DNA of 64,000 nt from Candidatus Dormiibacterota bacterium (GTDB lineage: Bacteria > Chloroflexota > Dormibacteria > Aeolococcales > Aeolococcaceae), in assembly GCA_963718525.1 (NCBI GenBank), contig OY970355.1, positions 128,001 to 192,000 on the forward strand, in the 5' to 3' direction. Below are positions 50,583-60,492 of this stretch, in pieces (position 1 is the first letter of the stretch; every line of letters begins with the position of its first letter). The notes under the pieces are model-generated. The model saw only the letters and a program-made list of their open reading frames with translations. It ran no database searches and had not been told where the DNA came from. The position numbers were made by a program, and so were the translations under genes.

Positions 50583-51647
50583 ATGGCACTGGTGGGCTCA
50601 CTGATCGTTGTGAGCGCCTGCAGCGACCCATCCGCCCAGGCCGTCCCGTCACCGTCCGGAGGAGTCGTCCTCAGCGCCCTGCCGCACCTCCCCGGTTCGC
50701 CCGCGCCGTCGGCGTCATCGCGAGCCGTAGCAACGGCGCAGGCTGTCGCACGGTCGACCCCGAAGCCGGCCACCCGCACGACGTCGACGAAATCAACGAC
50801 CTCCACAGGGCCGCGAACCATGCTCGGCGGTTGCCAGGTCTTCCCCACCAACAACCCGTGGAACGAGAACATCGCCAACGCACCGGTCAACCCGATGTCC
50901 GCAACGTACATCGCGGCGATTGACGCGACCAAGCAATTCCTGCACCCGGACTTCGGGTCGAATCCGACGTATGGCATTCCGTACACCGTCGTTCCGGCGT
51001 CGCAGAAGTTCGTGCCGATCACGTTCAACGCGTATGGCACTGAGAGCAATCCGGGGCCGTATCCCGTGCCACTCAACGCGCCCGTCGAGTCGGGCAGCGA
51101 TCACCACGTGCTCGTCCTCGACTCCGGCAACTGCCATCTCTACGAGATGTACAACGCACAGCAGTCCGGCAACGGCTGGGTCTGCGCGTCCGGCGCAATC
51201 TTCAACTTGAGCAGCAACGCCCTGCGACCTGATGGCTGGACGTCCGCCGACGCAGCGGGCTTGCCGATTCTGCCAGGGCTCGCCACCTACAGCGAGGTTG
51301 CCTCCGGCGTCATCAACCACGCGCTTCGCTTCACGGTTGCGGAGACCCAGAACGGCTTCATTCATCCCGCGACCCACCAGGCCGGCATCAGCGACCCGAG
51401 CCTTCCTCCGATGGGACTTCGCCTGCGGCTCAACGCGTCGTTCAGCCTCGGGGGATTCACAGGTGAGGCGCTGGTGATCCTGAAGGCGCTCAAGACCTAC
51501 GGCATGATCGTCGCCGACAACGGAAGCAGCTGGTACATCAGTGGCGCGACCGATCCGCGCTGGGACGACAACAACCTCGACGAGCTGAAATCAGTCCCGG
51601 GCAACGCGTTCCAGGTCGTCGAGACCGGGTCGATCCTGCACGGCTAG
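50583..51647 (+). CDS. putative lipoprotein (conserved secreted family)
   Basis: VSAC lipobox; FP.NNPWN, DGWTSADAAGLP, INHALRF. Confidence 0.8.
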   Translation: MALVGSLIVVSACSDPSAQAVPSPSGGVVLSALPHLPGSPAPSASSRAVATAQAVARSTPKPATRTTSTKSTTSTGPRTMLGGCQVFPTNNPWNENIANAPVNPMSATYIAAIDATKQFLHPDFGSNPTYGIPYTVVPASQKFVPITFNAYGTESNPGPYPVPLNAPVESGSDHHVLVLDSGNCHLYEMYNAQQSGNGWVCASGAIFNLSSNALRPDGWTSADAAGLPILPGLATYSEVASGVINHALRFTVAETQNGFIHPATHQAGISDPSLPPMGLRLRLNASFSLGGFTGEALVILKALKTYGMIVADNGSSWYISGATDPRWDDNNLDELKSVPGNAFQVVETGSILHG

Positions 51648-51663
51648 ATCGCGTCGATGCGAC

Positions 51664-53292
51664 CTACTTCTGCGCCGCCTCGAGCGCGACCACCGAGAAC
51701 TTCTGCTGTGCGTAGTCGGACCTGATCAGCTTCTTGTCGAGCTTGCCGACGCTCGTCTTCGGCAGCTCGTCGACGAACGCCCAGCGCTCGGGCAGCCACC
51801 ACCGTGCCACCTTCGGAGCCAGGAATTCGCGCAGCTCGTTGGGTGTCGCCGTCGCCCCCGGTTTCAGCACGACGAGGGCCAGCGGGCGCTCCGCCCACCG
51901 ATCGTCGGGCACGCCGACCACGGCGGCATCCGCAACTGCCGGATGCCCCACCAGCAGGGTCTCGAGCTCGACCGACGAGATCCATTCGCCGCCCGACTTG
52001 ATCACGTCCTTGGACCGGTCGGTGATCTGCACGTAGTTGCGCGCGTCGATGTTGCCGACGTCGCCGGTGCGCAGCCACCCGTCGTGGAATTTCTCTGGCG
52101 TTTCGGCCTTGTAGTAGGAGGCCGTGATCCACGGTCCGCGCACCTCGATCTCTCCGACCGCCTCGCCGTCGTGCGGAATCTCGGCACCGCTGTCATCGAC
52201 GAGTCGCAGCTCGACACCCGGGACAGCCCGACCGGTCTTTGACCGGTAGTACATCTCGCCCTCCGGCGCCGTGCCCTTGGGCGGCCGGGCGATGGTGGCG
52301 ATCGGGCTCGTCTCGGTCATTCCCCACGCCTGCCACAGCTCGATGCCGAGCACGTCTCGATAGGCGGTAATCAACGTCGCGGGCACGGCGGACCCTCCGC
52401 AGACCGCGGTCTTGATGCTCGACACGTCCCCACCGTTCGCCTGCACGTGGTTGAGCACCGCGGTGAGGATGGTCGGCACGCCGCCGGTGAACGTCGGCCG
52501 CTCCTGCCGGATGAAGTCACAGAGTCCCTGCGGCTGCAGGAACCGCCCCGGGAGCAGCAGAGCGCTGCCCACCATCCAGCCCGCATACGGTGTCCCCCAC
52601 GCGTTGACGTGGAACATCGGCACGATGATCAGCAGGCGACCGCGGTCGTCGAGATGGAACGCTCCCCACACAGCGAACGAGTGCAGGTATACCGAGCGAT
52701 GGCTGTACGCAACACCCTTGGGATCGCCCGTGGTCCCTGTCGTGTAGCACATGGACGCAGCACTGCGTTCGTCGATCGCCGGCCAATCGAAGGTCGATGA
52801 TTCCGCGGCCAGCAAGGTTTCGTAGGCAAGAGATTCGCCAAGACCGGCCACGGCTCCCGAGCCGACCACGATCACCTTCTCGACACTCGGGCACTGGTCC
52901 AGCACCGACGCGAGCAGCGGCGCGAGCAAGTCGTCGACGATCACGACACGATCCTCGGCGTGCTTGATGATCTGTGCCAGCTGCGACGGTGGCAGCCGCA
53001 GGTTGAGCGTGTGCAGGACCGCTCCCATGCAGGGGATGGCGAAGTACGCCTCGAGGTGCTCCTGGTGGTTCCAGCAGAGCGTCCCCACGCGATCACCGGG
53101 GACGATCCCGAGCGTTCGCAACGCGCCGGCCAGGCGGTTGACCCGCTCCGCCACGGTGGCGTAGCTCGTGTGCCGTGCCCGCTCGCCCTCGAACGTGATG
53201 ATCTCGCTGTCCGGATACACCTGGGCACCATGGCGAAAGAGCTCCGTGATGCTCAGCGGCGCGTCCTGCATGGTCGAGTTCATGGGTTCCAT
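51664..53292 (-). CDS. long-chain fatty-acid-CoA ligase
   Basis: YTTGTTGDPKG, WGMTET, GWLRTGD, LPKTSVGK. Confidence 0.95.
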   Translation of the reverse strand: MEPMNSTMQDAPLSITELFRHGAQVYPDSEIITFEGERARHTSYATVAERVNRLAGALRTLGIVPGDRVGTLCWNHQEHLEAYFAIPCMGAVLHTLNLRLPPSQLAQIIKHAEDRVVIVDDLLAPLLASVLDQCPSVEKVIVVGSGAVAGLGESLAYETLLAAESSTFDWPAIDERSAASMCYTTGTTGDPKGVAYSHRSVYLHSFAVWGAFHLDDRGRLLIIVPMFHVNAWGTPYAGWMVGSALLLPGRFLQPQGLCDFIRQERPTFTGGVPTILTAVLNHVQANGGDVSSIKTAVCGGSAVPATLITAYRDVLGIELWQAWGMTETSPIATIARPPKGTAPEGEMYYRSKTGRAVPGVELRLVDDSGAEIPHDGEAVGEIEVRGPWITASYYKAETPEKFHDGWLRTGDVGNIDARNYVQITDRSKDVIKSGGEWISSVELETLLVGHPAVADAAVVGVPDDRWAERPLALVVLKPGATATPNELREFLAPKVARWWLPERWAFVDELPKTSVGKLDKKLIRSDYAQQKFSVVALEAAQK

Positions 53293-53420
53293 GCTCCTCT
53301 GCACGTTCTGGCGCTGACCGGCGCCGATCCCACGGGCACCAAGTCGTCGAGATCGTACTTGGCATCCTGCCCGCAGTGCAGCATCCGTGCGGGGTTGTTG
53401 CTTCGCTACCCTCGGTACCG

Positions 53421-54479
53421 ATGGCAACGATCCAGGCCGGCCCGATGACCGGAGCCGAGCGCATGCTCGCCACCGCGCGCAGCCAGCCCGCCGATCGCAC
53501 CCCGATCTGGTTCATGCGCCAGGCCGGCCGCTGCCTCGCGGGCTATCGCGCCCTTCGCGAGACCTACGACATCCTCACGATCACCAGGACCCCGGAGCTC
53601 TGCGCCCGCGTGACACTCATGCCGGTGGAGGAATTCGGCGTCGACGCAGCGGTGATGTACGCCGACATCATGCTGCCCCTGATCGGCATGGGAGTCCCGT
53701 TCTCGATCGACCCTGGGATCGGCCCTCTGATCCATGCGCCGGTGCGCTCCGAGGCGGACATCGCAGCGCTGCGAATCGTCGACCCGCGCGACGCGACCCC
53801 GGAGCTGTTCGAGGCCATCAAGCTCGTGCGTCAAGAGCTGGATGGGAAGACGGCGGTGGTCGGGTTCGCCGGAGGGCCCTTCACCGTCGCCTCGTACATG
53901 ATCGAGGGCAGGCCGACCAAGGAGTTCTCGCGCACCAAGGCCATGCTCCATGGCGAGCCCGAGCTCTGGCACCGTCTCATGACCACGCTCACCGAGGTCA
54001 CGATCGGCTATCTGCGCGCTCAGGTGGAGTCCGGGGCGCAGATCATCCAGCTCTTCGATTCCTGGGCCGGCGCACTTTCGCTCCGGGCATACGACGCGAT
54101 GGTGCTGCCCTACAGCCAGCGCATCCTGGCGGCGGTCTCGGAGACCGGCGTGCCGACCATCCACTTCGGCACGACCACCACGCATCTTCTCGAGGCGATG
54201 GCGCGCTGCGGATCAGACGTCATCAGCGTCGACTGGCGCCTGCCCCTCGATGTGGCCTGGGACCGGATCGGTGACCGCGGCATCCAGGGCAACCTCGATC
54301 CCGGCGTGATGCTCGCACCGTTCGACGTCGTCGCCCGGGAGGCGCGGCAGATCCTCGCGCTCGCCGGAGGCAGACCGGGTCACATCTTCAACCTGGGCCA
54401 CGGGGTGCTCCCCGAGACCTCGAGCGACCACCTGCGCCGCCTGGCGGACCTGGTCCACGAGGACACGGCCCGAAGCTGA
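53421..54479 (+). CDS. hemE: uroporphyrinogen decarboxylase
   Basis: PIWFMRQAGR, GFAGGPFT.ASY, QLFDSWAG, FNLGHG. Confidence 0.97.
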   Translation: MATIQAGPMTGAERMLATARSQPADRTPIWFMRQAGRCLAGYRALRETYDILTITRTPELCARVTLMPVEEFGVDAAVMYADIMLPLIGMGVPFSIDPGIGPLIHAPVRSEADIAALRIVDPRDATPELFEAIKLVRQELDGKTAVVGFAGGPFTVASYMIEGRPTKEFSRTKAMLHGEPELWHRLMTTLTEVTIGYLRAQVESGAQIIQLFDSWAGALSLRAYDAMVLPYSQRILAAVSETGVPTIHFGTTTTHLLEAMARCGSDVISVDWRLPLDVAWDRIGDRGIQGNLDPGVMLAPFDVVAREARQILALAGGRPGHIFNLGHGVLPETSSDHLRRLADLVHEDTARS

Positions 54480-54515
54480 CCACGCGGCCGCGCAGCCAGC
54501 CTCTACCCTTGCGAG

Positions 54516-55463
54516 ATGGCTCAGCTCGGCGTCGTCCTCGCCACCTTCGGCTCGGCGGTGACTGCCGACGATGTTCCCGCGTATCTCTCGTCGGTGCGCG
54601 ACGGCCGCGAGGTACCCGAGGATCTGATCGAGGAGTTCCGGCGCCGGTACGACCTCATCGGCCGATCCCCGCTCATCGACATCACCCAGGCGCAGTGCGC
54701 TGCGCTGCGGGCGGCGCTCAACCCGGACGGCGGCCCGGATGCGACCGAAGTGGTTGCGGGGATGCTCCACTCGGAACCGTCGCTCACCGATGCGCTCGAC
54801 GGTCTGGCGGCGGGCGGCACGTCTCGCATCGTCGTGATCGCGCTCGCGCCCCAGTACTCGCCGATCATCCTGGCCGGGTACGAGCGAACCGTGGCTGCGT
54901 GGCGCGCCGTGCATCCCGACGTGGACGTGCACATCGCAGGCGCCTGGCACCTCATCCCGGAGTGGATCGCAGCGCTCGCCGAACGCGTTTCGGAGGCGCT
55001 CGCCGGCCTCGATCCCACGGTTCGCTCCCGGATTCCGATCATCTTCACCGCCCACAGCCTTCCCCGTCCTGTCGTCGATCGGGACCCCGGCTACATCACG
55101 CAACTTCGTGAGACGGCCACGGCGGTCGCGACACGGCTCGGCCTCGAGCCCGAGCGATGGAGCTTCGCCTACCAGAGCGCCGGGCACACGCCCGAGGAAT
55201 GGCTGACCCCCGACGTGAAGGATCTCTTCCCCGGGTTTCGAGCCGAGGGATTCAACGAGATCCTCATCGTGCCGCTGCAGTTTCTGGCAGATCACCTCGA
55301 GATCCTGTACGACATCGATATCGCCGCCGGGGACGAGGCCACGGCAGCGGGCATGACCATGCATCGAATCGAGTTGCCGAACACGCAGCCGGCCTTTATC
55401 CGCGCGCTCGCCGCGGTCGTCGAGCGTGAACGCTCGGGAACTGCATCGACCGCTGTGTCCTGA
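54516..55463 (+). CDS. hemH: ferrochelatase
   Basis: IG.SPL, LAPQYS, FTAHSLP, YQSAG, DHLEILYDID. Confidence 0.95.
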   Translation: MAQLGVVLATFGSAVTADDVPAYLSSVRDGREVPEDLIEEFRRRYDLIGRSPLIDITQAQCAALRAALNPDGGPDATEVVAGMLHSEPSLTDALDGLAAGGTSRIVVIALAPQYSPIILAGYERTVAAWRAVHPDVDVHIAGAWHLIPEWIAALAERVSEALAGLDPTVRSRIPIIFTAHSLPRPVVDRDPGYITQLRETATAVATRLGLEPERWSFAYQSAGHTPEEWLTPDVKDLFPGFRAEGFNEILIVPLQFLADHLEILYDIDIAAGDEATAAGMTMHRIELPNTQPAFIRALAAVVERERSGTASTAVS

Positions 55464-55483
55464 CGGCGCCGGTCGATCCACCG

Positions 55484-56364
55484 TCAGGCGGGACGGGGCA
55501 CCCCGATCGGGTTCGGATAACGGATGCCGTCGGAAGACTCCAGGAGTCCGGCCAGAGGCCGGAGCCGCGCGAACAGGAGCTCCCGTGACGCGTCATCCAT
55601 GGCCTCCCAGACCTCGCCCGCAAGCCGGTCGGTTGTGTCCTCGACGGCCGTGCGCAGCCCCTGTCCACGATCGGTGAGCGCTCCGGCTGCGTCAAGGATT
55701 CCGCGGCTGCGAAGACCGTCCACCCCCTGCTCCCACTCCGCTTCGGTCCAGCCGCGAAACCGGCGCATCGTGGTGGCGTCGTTACCGCTGCCCGCGGCAA
55801 TCGCGGTCACGAGCGATTCCAATCCGTCGAGACCGTGAACGGTGAGCGCCGCGACGTGGCCGTCGAATCGATGCTCGCGCAGGAGCATGCACGCGTGCCA
55901 GAGCTGGAGGTGCGGCGGCACGGGCGTCTCGAGCGCCGCGTTGGCCGCGAACAGCGGGCGGCCATCGCCGCGCTGGCCCCGGGCCACGGCCAGGGCACTG
56001 CGTGCCGCCGCGGCGACCTCGACGGATTCGACCTCGGCGCCCCAGAGGCGTCGCAACGCGGAGTCCGCAACCGCGATTCGCGCCGCCAGCGCGAGCTCCG
56101 GGCTGGAGTAGTGCCACGCATCGGGAATTGCCCGCGCGACCATCGCCGGCTGGAAGTTGTGGAACACCGCGGTGACCACACTCGCGGGCACCGCGCCCAT
56201 CGCCCCGGCACGGGAGGCGAAGTAGCCCATCCATCCACCCGGAGCCCCGCTGCCGTGTAGTGCTCGCTCGCCTCCGGGACGAAATACACGATCGCATGGA
56301 TGGGCTCGAAGAGGGTCCAGGCGCGGCGTGCAATGCTCAGGGTCTCACTCGTGGTATCGGCCAT
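55484..56364 (-). pseudogene. SCO6745-like conserved protein with -1 frameshift near 56239 (possibly a sequencing error)
   Basis: EPIHAIVYF.PE | WMGYFASRA..LREHRFDGH. Confidence 0.75.
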
Positions 56365-57482
56365 CAGCGATGGAGTGCGCCCGCCGGGGTCAGGGTGCCG
56401 TGGAAGATCCCCGAATGCGTGAAGGTTGGCGACGTTCCCGGGCTGAGCACCGTACCGGTGAGCTCTGACGAAGGCATGAACTGCACGAAGCGGGGGTCGG
56501 CTCGCGCGGGATCGACGATCAATTTCTCGAGCACGCACGAGTTGTACTGGCGTGCGGTGTCCTCGAGCGTGTTCGCATTGAGCACGACCTCCTGATCCCA
56601 GATGCGTGCGTGGCGGCGCACTCCGGGAATCCGGCTGTGCTCCGGTGTCAGACATTCGGCGGCGATCACATTCTCGCTGCTCGCCCAGATGCCGGTTTCG
56701 GTGTTGACCACGAGGGTCTGATTTCCGATCGTGTGCCCCGGCGTCGCGAGCAATGCGACGCCGGGTCCGATCAGCACATCGCCGTCGATCGGGAACACTG
56801 CCTGCTGCGGCAGCGCCGCAAACGTGGACGCCTGGTACCACGGCACCTGCAACGGATGCAGCGCAGCGAGCGACTCCAGCTCGGCACGCTGCACGATCAG
56901 GCGCGCGTTCGGCAGCGCCGCCGGGACCGGGGCCGCGGGCGACAGATCATGAGCGGGCTCGGTGGTTCCGAGCCACCGGCGCACGTCCTGTGAGTGCAGG
57001 TGATCGAAGGTGATCCAGTCGACGTCGCCGGCATCGATGCCGACGCTGCGCAGATGGCTCAGCACATCCCCGAGTGGTCGCGCGAACGCGCGCTCGAACG
57101 CCGCGGGCCTCGAATCGCGCAACCGCGCGAAATATGGTGTGTGGCGCGCAAGCTCCACGTCGGTCGGCTCGAAGAGCAGCACGCGCGGCTTGCCGTCGGT
57201 CTCGCGCCAGCGCACCACGATCAGTCGGTGTGTCAGGGACAGAAACGGTGCCGGAGTAACCGCCGCGCGAAAGAGGCCGAATCGGGTGGGGTACGGCAGC
57301 GCCACGAGGTCGAAGGTTCCAATCCAGTCCGGCATCCCGGTCGTCCGGAACCATTCTCGGAATCCGGGCGCCGCCTGACGTATGAGGTCCAGTTGACGTC
57401 CCGGCTGCGGCTCGCGGGCGGCCGGAGCGAAATGCGAGATCGTGTGGATCTCCCCGACCGGGGGTGGGACATGCGTTGCCAT
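56364..57482 (-). CDS. metallo-beta-lactamase-fold protein
   Basis: FDHLHSQD, TPGHT.GN. Confidence 0.85.
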   Translation of the reverse strand: MATHVPPPVGEIHTISHFAPAAREPQPGRQLDLIRQAAPGFREWFRTTGMPDWIGTFDLVALPYPTRFGLFRAAVTPAPFLSLTHRLIVVRWRETDGKPRVLLFEPTDVELARHTPYFARLRDSRPAAFERAFARPLGDVLSHLRSVGIDAGDVDWITFDHLHSQDVRRWLGTTEPAHDLSPAAPVPAALPNARLIVQRAELESLAALHPLQVPWYQASTFAALPQQAVFPIDGDVLIGPGVALLATPGHTIGNQTLVVNTETGIWASSENVIAAECLTPEHSRIPGVRRHARIWDQEVVLNANTLEDTARQYNSCVLEKLIVDPARADPRFVQFMPSSELTGTVLSPGTSPTFTHSGIFHGTLTPAGALHR

Positions 57483-57559
57483 CGCGGTCCTCGGCAGTGT
57501 ACGCGGTGCAGAAACCTCGGGTCGATATACTCGATTGCGGTGATCGAAGGAGCATCACG

Positions 57560-59788
57560 GTGAGGCGTTGGGGACATTTCGTCTACCACCGCCGCAAAGT
57601 GGTGCTCGCCGCGTCACTCGGGTGTTTCGTGCTCTCGATCATCGGGCTGCTCACCGGCGGCCAGCCGATCAATGCGAGCAACTACGACGTCGAGTCGGTG
57701 CGTGCCGCCAACCTCGAGAGTGCGCAACTGCCGTCGACGACAGGCTCGTCGTTCACGCTCGTTCTCACCAGCTCGCAGCTGACGTACGGGTCACCGGCGT
57801 TTGCGTCTGCGGTCAACGCCGCGGTGGCGCCACTGCGCGGTGACTCGCGGGTGAGCGCGCTGGTCACACCGTTCACCGTCCCAGCACCGGCGAGCGCATC
57901 GATGGTCTCCACCGACAAGCACAGCGTGCTGGTGCAGGTGGGTCTGAAGATCGACTTCTCGCAGGCTCGCGCCCAATACGGGACGATTCGCGGCGAGGTG
58001 CAGTCGCCGTCGCTCAGCGTGACCTCCACCGGCGACGTTCCGCTCGCCTACGACTTCGACACGTACCTCGCGAGCGACCTGCGCAGGTCCGAGGTGGTGT
58101 CGCTGCCGCTGGCGCTCATCCTCCTCGTCATCGTGTTCACCACCGGGGTGGCCGCGCTGTTGTGCCTCGGAGTCGGCGTGTTCGCGGTGCTCGGTGGTGT
58201 TGGTGCGGCGCTCGCGCTTGCACACGCCATCGACGTCTCGACCTATGCGGTCAACGTCGTCACATTGGTGGGGCTCGGCATCGCCATCGACTACTCGCTC
58301 TTCATCGTGACTCGTTTCCGCGAGGAGCTCGCAGCGGGTCACACGGTTGAGGATTCAGTCGCCACCACCATGGCGACGGCCGGCCGGGCGATCATGTTCA
58401 GCGGCCTCACCGTCGCGATCGGCCTGTCCGGCCTGCTCTTCTACACCGGGACCGCGCTTGTCTCGATGGGGGTCGCGGGCGCGATCGTCGTGGCCGTCTC
58501 CGTGCTCTACGCAGTCACGTTGTTGCCATCGATGCTGGCAGTCCTCGGCCCGCGTATCAACAGCATCAGGATCCCCATCCTGCAACCCAAGCCGTTCGGC
58601 CAGGGCGCGTGGCATCGCCTCGCCACATGGGTGATGCGCCGCCCCTGGACCGTGCTCATCCCCACGATCGCGATTCTCCTTATCGCCGGATCGCCGTTCC
58701 TCGACCTGCAACTCGCCAACAGCGACGTGAACCAGCTGCCGCCGTCCGCCGAGGCGCGTCGAGGTGCTGATCTTCTCCAGGCCCAGTTTCCGAAGGTCGG
58801 GCAGAACACGATCGCGGTGGTCGTTGACTTCCAGCACGGCGCACCAACTAGCCCCGCCAACGTCGCCGCGGCATACAACCTCGCGCAACGGATCTCCTCT
58901 CTCAAGGGCGTTACCGGAGTGCGCAGCTACGTCACGGGCGATCCGTCGCTCACGCTCACCTCGTATCAGACCCTGTACTCGAAGCCGAAGAGCGCACTGC
59001 CCGCGTCGGTGCAGTCGCTGCTCACGAACCTGACGGGCTCGAGCATCGCCGTCCTCGATGTCGCCAACCCGTACTTTGTCACCAGCGACCAGGCACATAA
59101 CCTCGTGCGCAGCATCCGCTCCACCAACTCGGTGCCGGGAGCAACCGTCGAGGTCACCGGCGACACCGCCTTCGACATCGACCTCGTCAACTACATGATC
59201 GACCACACACCACTCGCCATCGGCTTCGTGCTGATCACCACCCTGATCGTGCTGACCGTCCTGCTCCGTTCGCTGGTGCTCCCATTCAAGGCAGTGCTGA
59301 TGAATGCGCTCTCACTCAGCGCCGCGTTCGGCGCGCTGGTGTGGGTGTTCGACCAGGGCCACCTGTCGAACATCCTCGGCTTCACCGCCGGACCGCTTGA
59401 TCCGACCATCCCGGTGTTGCTGTTCTGCGTTGTCTTCGGACTGTCGATGGACTATGAGGTGTTCCTGCTGACCCGCATGCAGGAAGCGTGGGTTCGCACC
59501 GGCGACAACACCACTGCGGTGGCCGACGGGCTCGAACGCAGTGGTCGCCTCGTCACCGGAGCCGCGGCGATCATGGCGTGTGTCTTTCTCGCCTTTGCGC
59601 TCGCGAGTGTCGTCACCATCAAATCCATCGGCGTCGGCATGGCGGTCGCCGTCATCGTCGACGCGACCCTCGTTCGTGCACTCGTGGTGCCGGCGGTGAT
59701 GCGCCTGCTCGGCACAATGAACTGGTGGGCGCCTCGCTGGCTCCGTCCTCCGGAGCCGGAACGCCAGGAGATCGCTCCAGCTGCCTGA
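57560..59788 (+). CDS. MMPL/RND-family transporter
   Basis: GIAIDYSLF..RFREE, GLSMDYEVFL, DATLVR. Confidence 0.95.
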   Translation: MRRWGHFVYHRRKVVLAASLGCFVLSIIGLLTGGQPINASNYDVESVRAANLESAQLPSTTGSSFTLVLTSSQLTYGSPAFASAVNAAVAPLRGDSRVSALVTPFTVPAPASASMVSTDKHSVLVQVGLKIDFSQARAQYGTIRGEVQSPSLSVTSTGDVPLAYDFDTYLASDLRRSEVVSLPLALILLVIVFTTGVAALLCLGVGVFAVLGGVGAALALAHAIDVSTYAVNVVTLVGLGIAIDYSLFIVTRFREELAAGHTVEDSVATTMATAGRAIMFSGLTVAIGLSGLLFYTGTALVSMGVAGAIVVAVSVLYAVTLLPSMLAVLGPRINSIRIPILQPKPFGQGAWHRLATWVMRRPWTVLIPTIAILLIAGSPFLDLQLANSDVNQLPPSAEARRGADLLQAQFPKVGQNTIAVVVDFQHGAPTSPANVAAAYNLAQRISSLKGVTGVRSYVTGDPSLTLTSYQTLYSKPKSALPASVQSLLTNLTGSSIAVLDVANPYFVTSDQAHNLVRSIRSTNSVPGATVEVTGDTAFDIDLVNYMIDHTPLAIGFVLITTLIVLTVLLRSLVLPFKAVLMNALSLSAAFGALVWVFDQGHLSNILGFTAGPLDPTIPVLLFCVVFGLSMDYEVFLLTRMQEAWVRTGDNTTAVADGLERSGRLVTGAAAIMACVFLAFALASVVTIKSIGVGMAVAVIVDATLVRALVVPAVMRLLGTMNWWAPRWLRPPEPERQEIAPAA

Positions 59789-60446
59789 GACGACACTGAC
59801 CGCCGCCGCGTCCCGTCCATCGCTGCGCGGGTGGAGTCATCTCGCGACGATTCCACTCGCTCTGGCCGGCGCGATCACGCTCGTCGCGATCAGCGGTGGC
59901 AACTCGGCTCGTCAGATCTCCCTTGGTGTCTACGGTGTCTGCATCGTGCTGCTGTTCGCCGTGAGCGCCACGTACCATCGCGGGCCGTGGTCACCGCGGA
60001 CGCGCGGCGTCTGGCGACGTCTCGACCATGCGACGATCTTCCTCGCCATCGCGGGCACCTACACACCGGTCGTCGTCAACGTGCTGCGGGGCTGGCCGTC
60101 AGTCGTGTTGCTGGTGGTCATCTGGACCCTGGCGATCAGCGGGGTGGTGGTCGCGACCACCGGGATCCCACTGCCACGCTGGGTGACCGTGGTGCTGTAT
60201 GCCGGCGTGGCTTGCACGGTCGTTTTCTTCCTTCCGGCACTCGGGGATCGCATCCACGCGAGTGGTCTGCTGGTGCTGGCGATCGGCGGCGCCCTGTACG
60301 GTGCCGGGGCGTTCGTCTACGCATTCAAACGTCCGCGGCTCTGGCCCAATGTGTTCGGATACCACGAGGTGTTTCACGTCCTCGTGATCGCCGCCACGTC
60401 GGTCTATTTCGTATTCATCCTGGCGACGGTCGCACTGCCGCGGTAG
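59781..60446 (+). CDS. hemolysin III/PAQR family membrane protein
   Basis: RPSLRGWSH, SATYH, LDHATIFLAIAGTYTP, FGYHEVFH; probable CTG start. Confidence 0.9.
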   Translation: MPETTLTAAASRPSLRGWSHLATIPLALAGAITLVAISGGNSARQISLGVYGVCIVLLFAVSATYHRGPWSPRTRGVWRRLDHATIFLAIAGTYTPVVVNVLRGWPSVVLLVVIWTLAISGVVVATTGIPLPRWVTVVLYAGVACTVVFFLPALGDRIHASGLLVLAIGGALYGAGAFVYAFKRPRLWPNVFGYHEVFHVLVIAATSVYFVFILATVALPR

Positions 60447-60492
60447 TTACGCCCGACCGCGGAGCACGTTCGTCGGGGTGGCGGCTCCCTGA

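Noticed and set aside
26072-56364. Programmed frameshifting at about 26250, 45509 and 56239
   Set aside because: All are single-base indels in short homopolymers, more likely sequencing error or recent decay.
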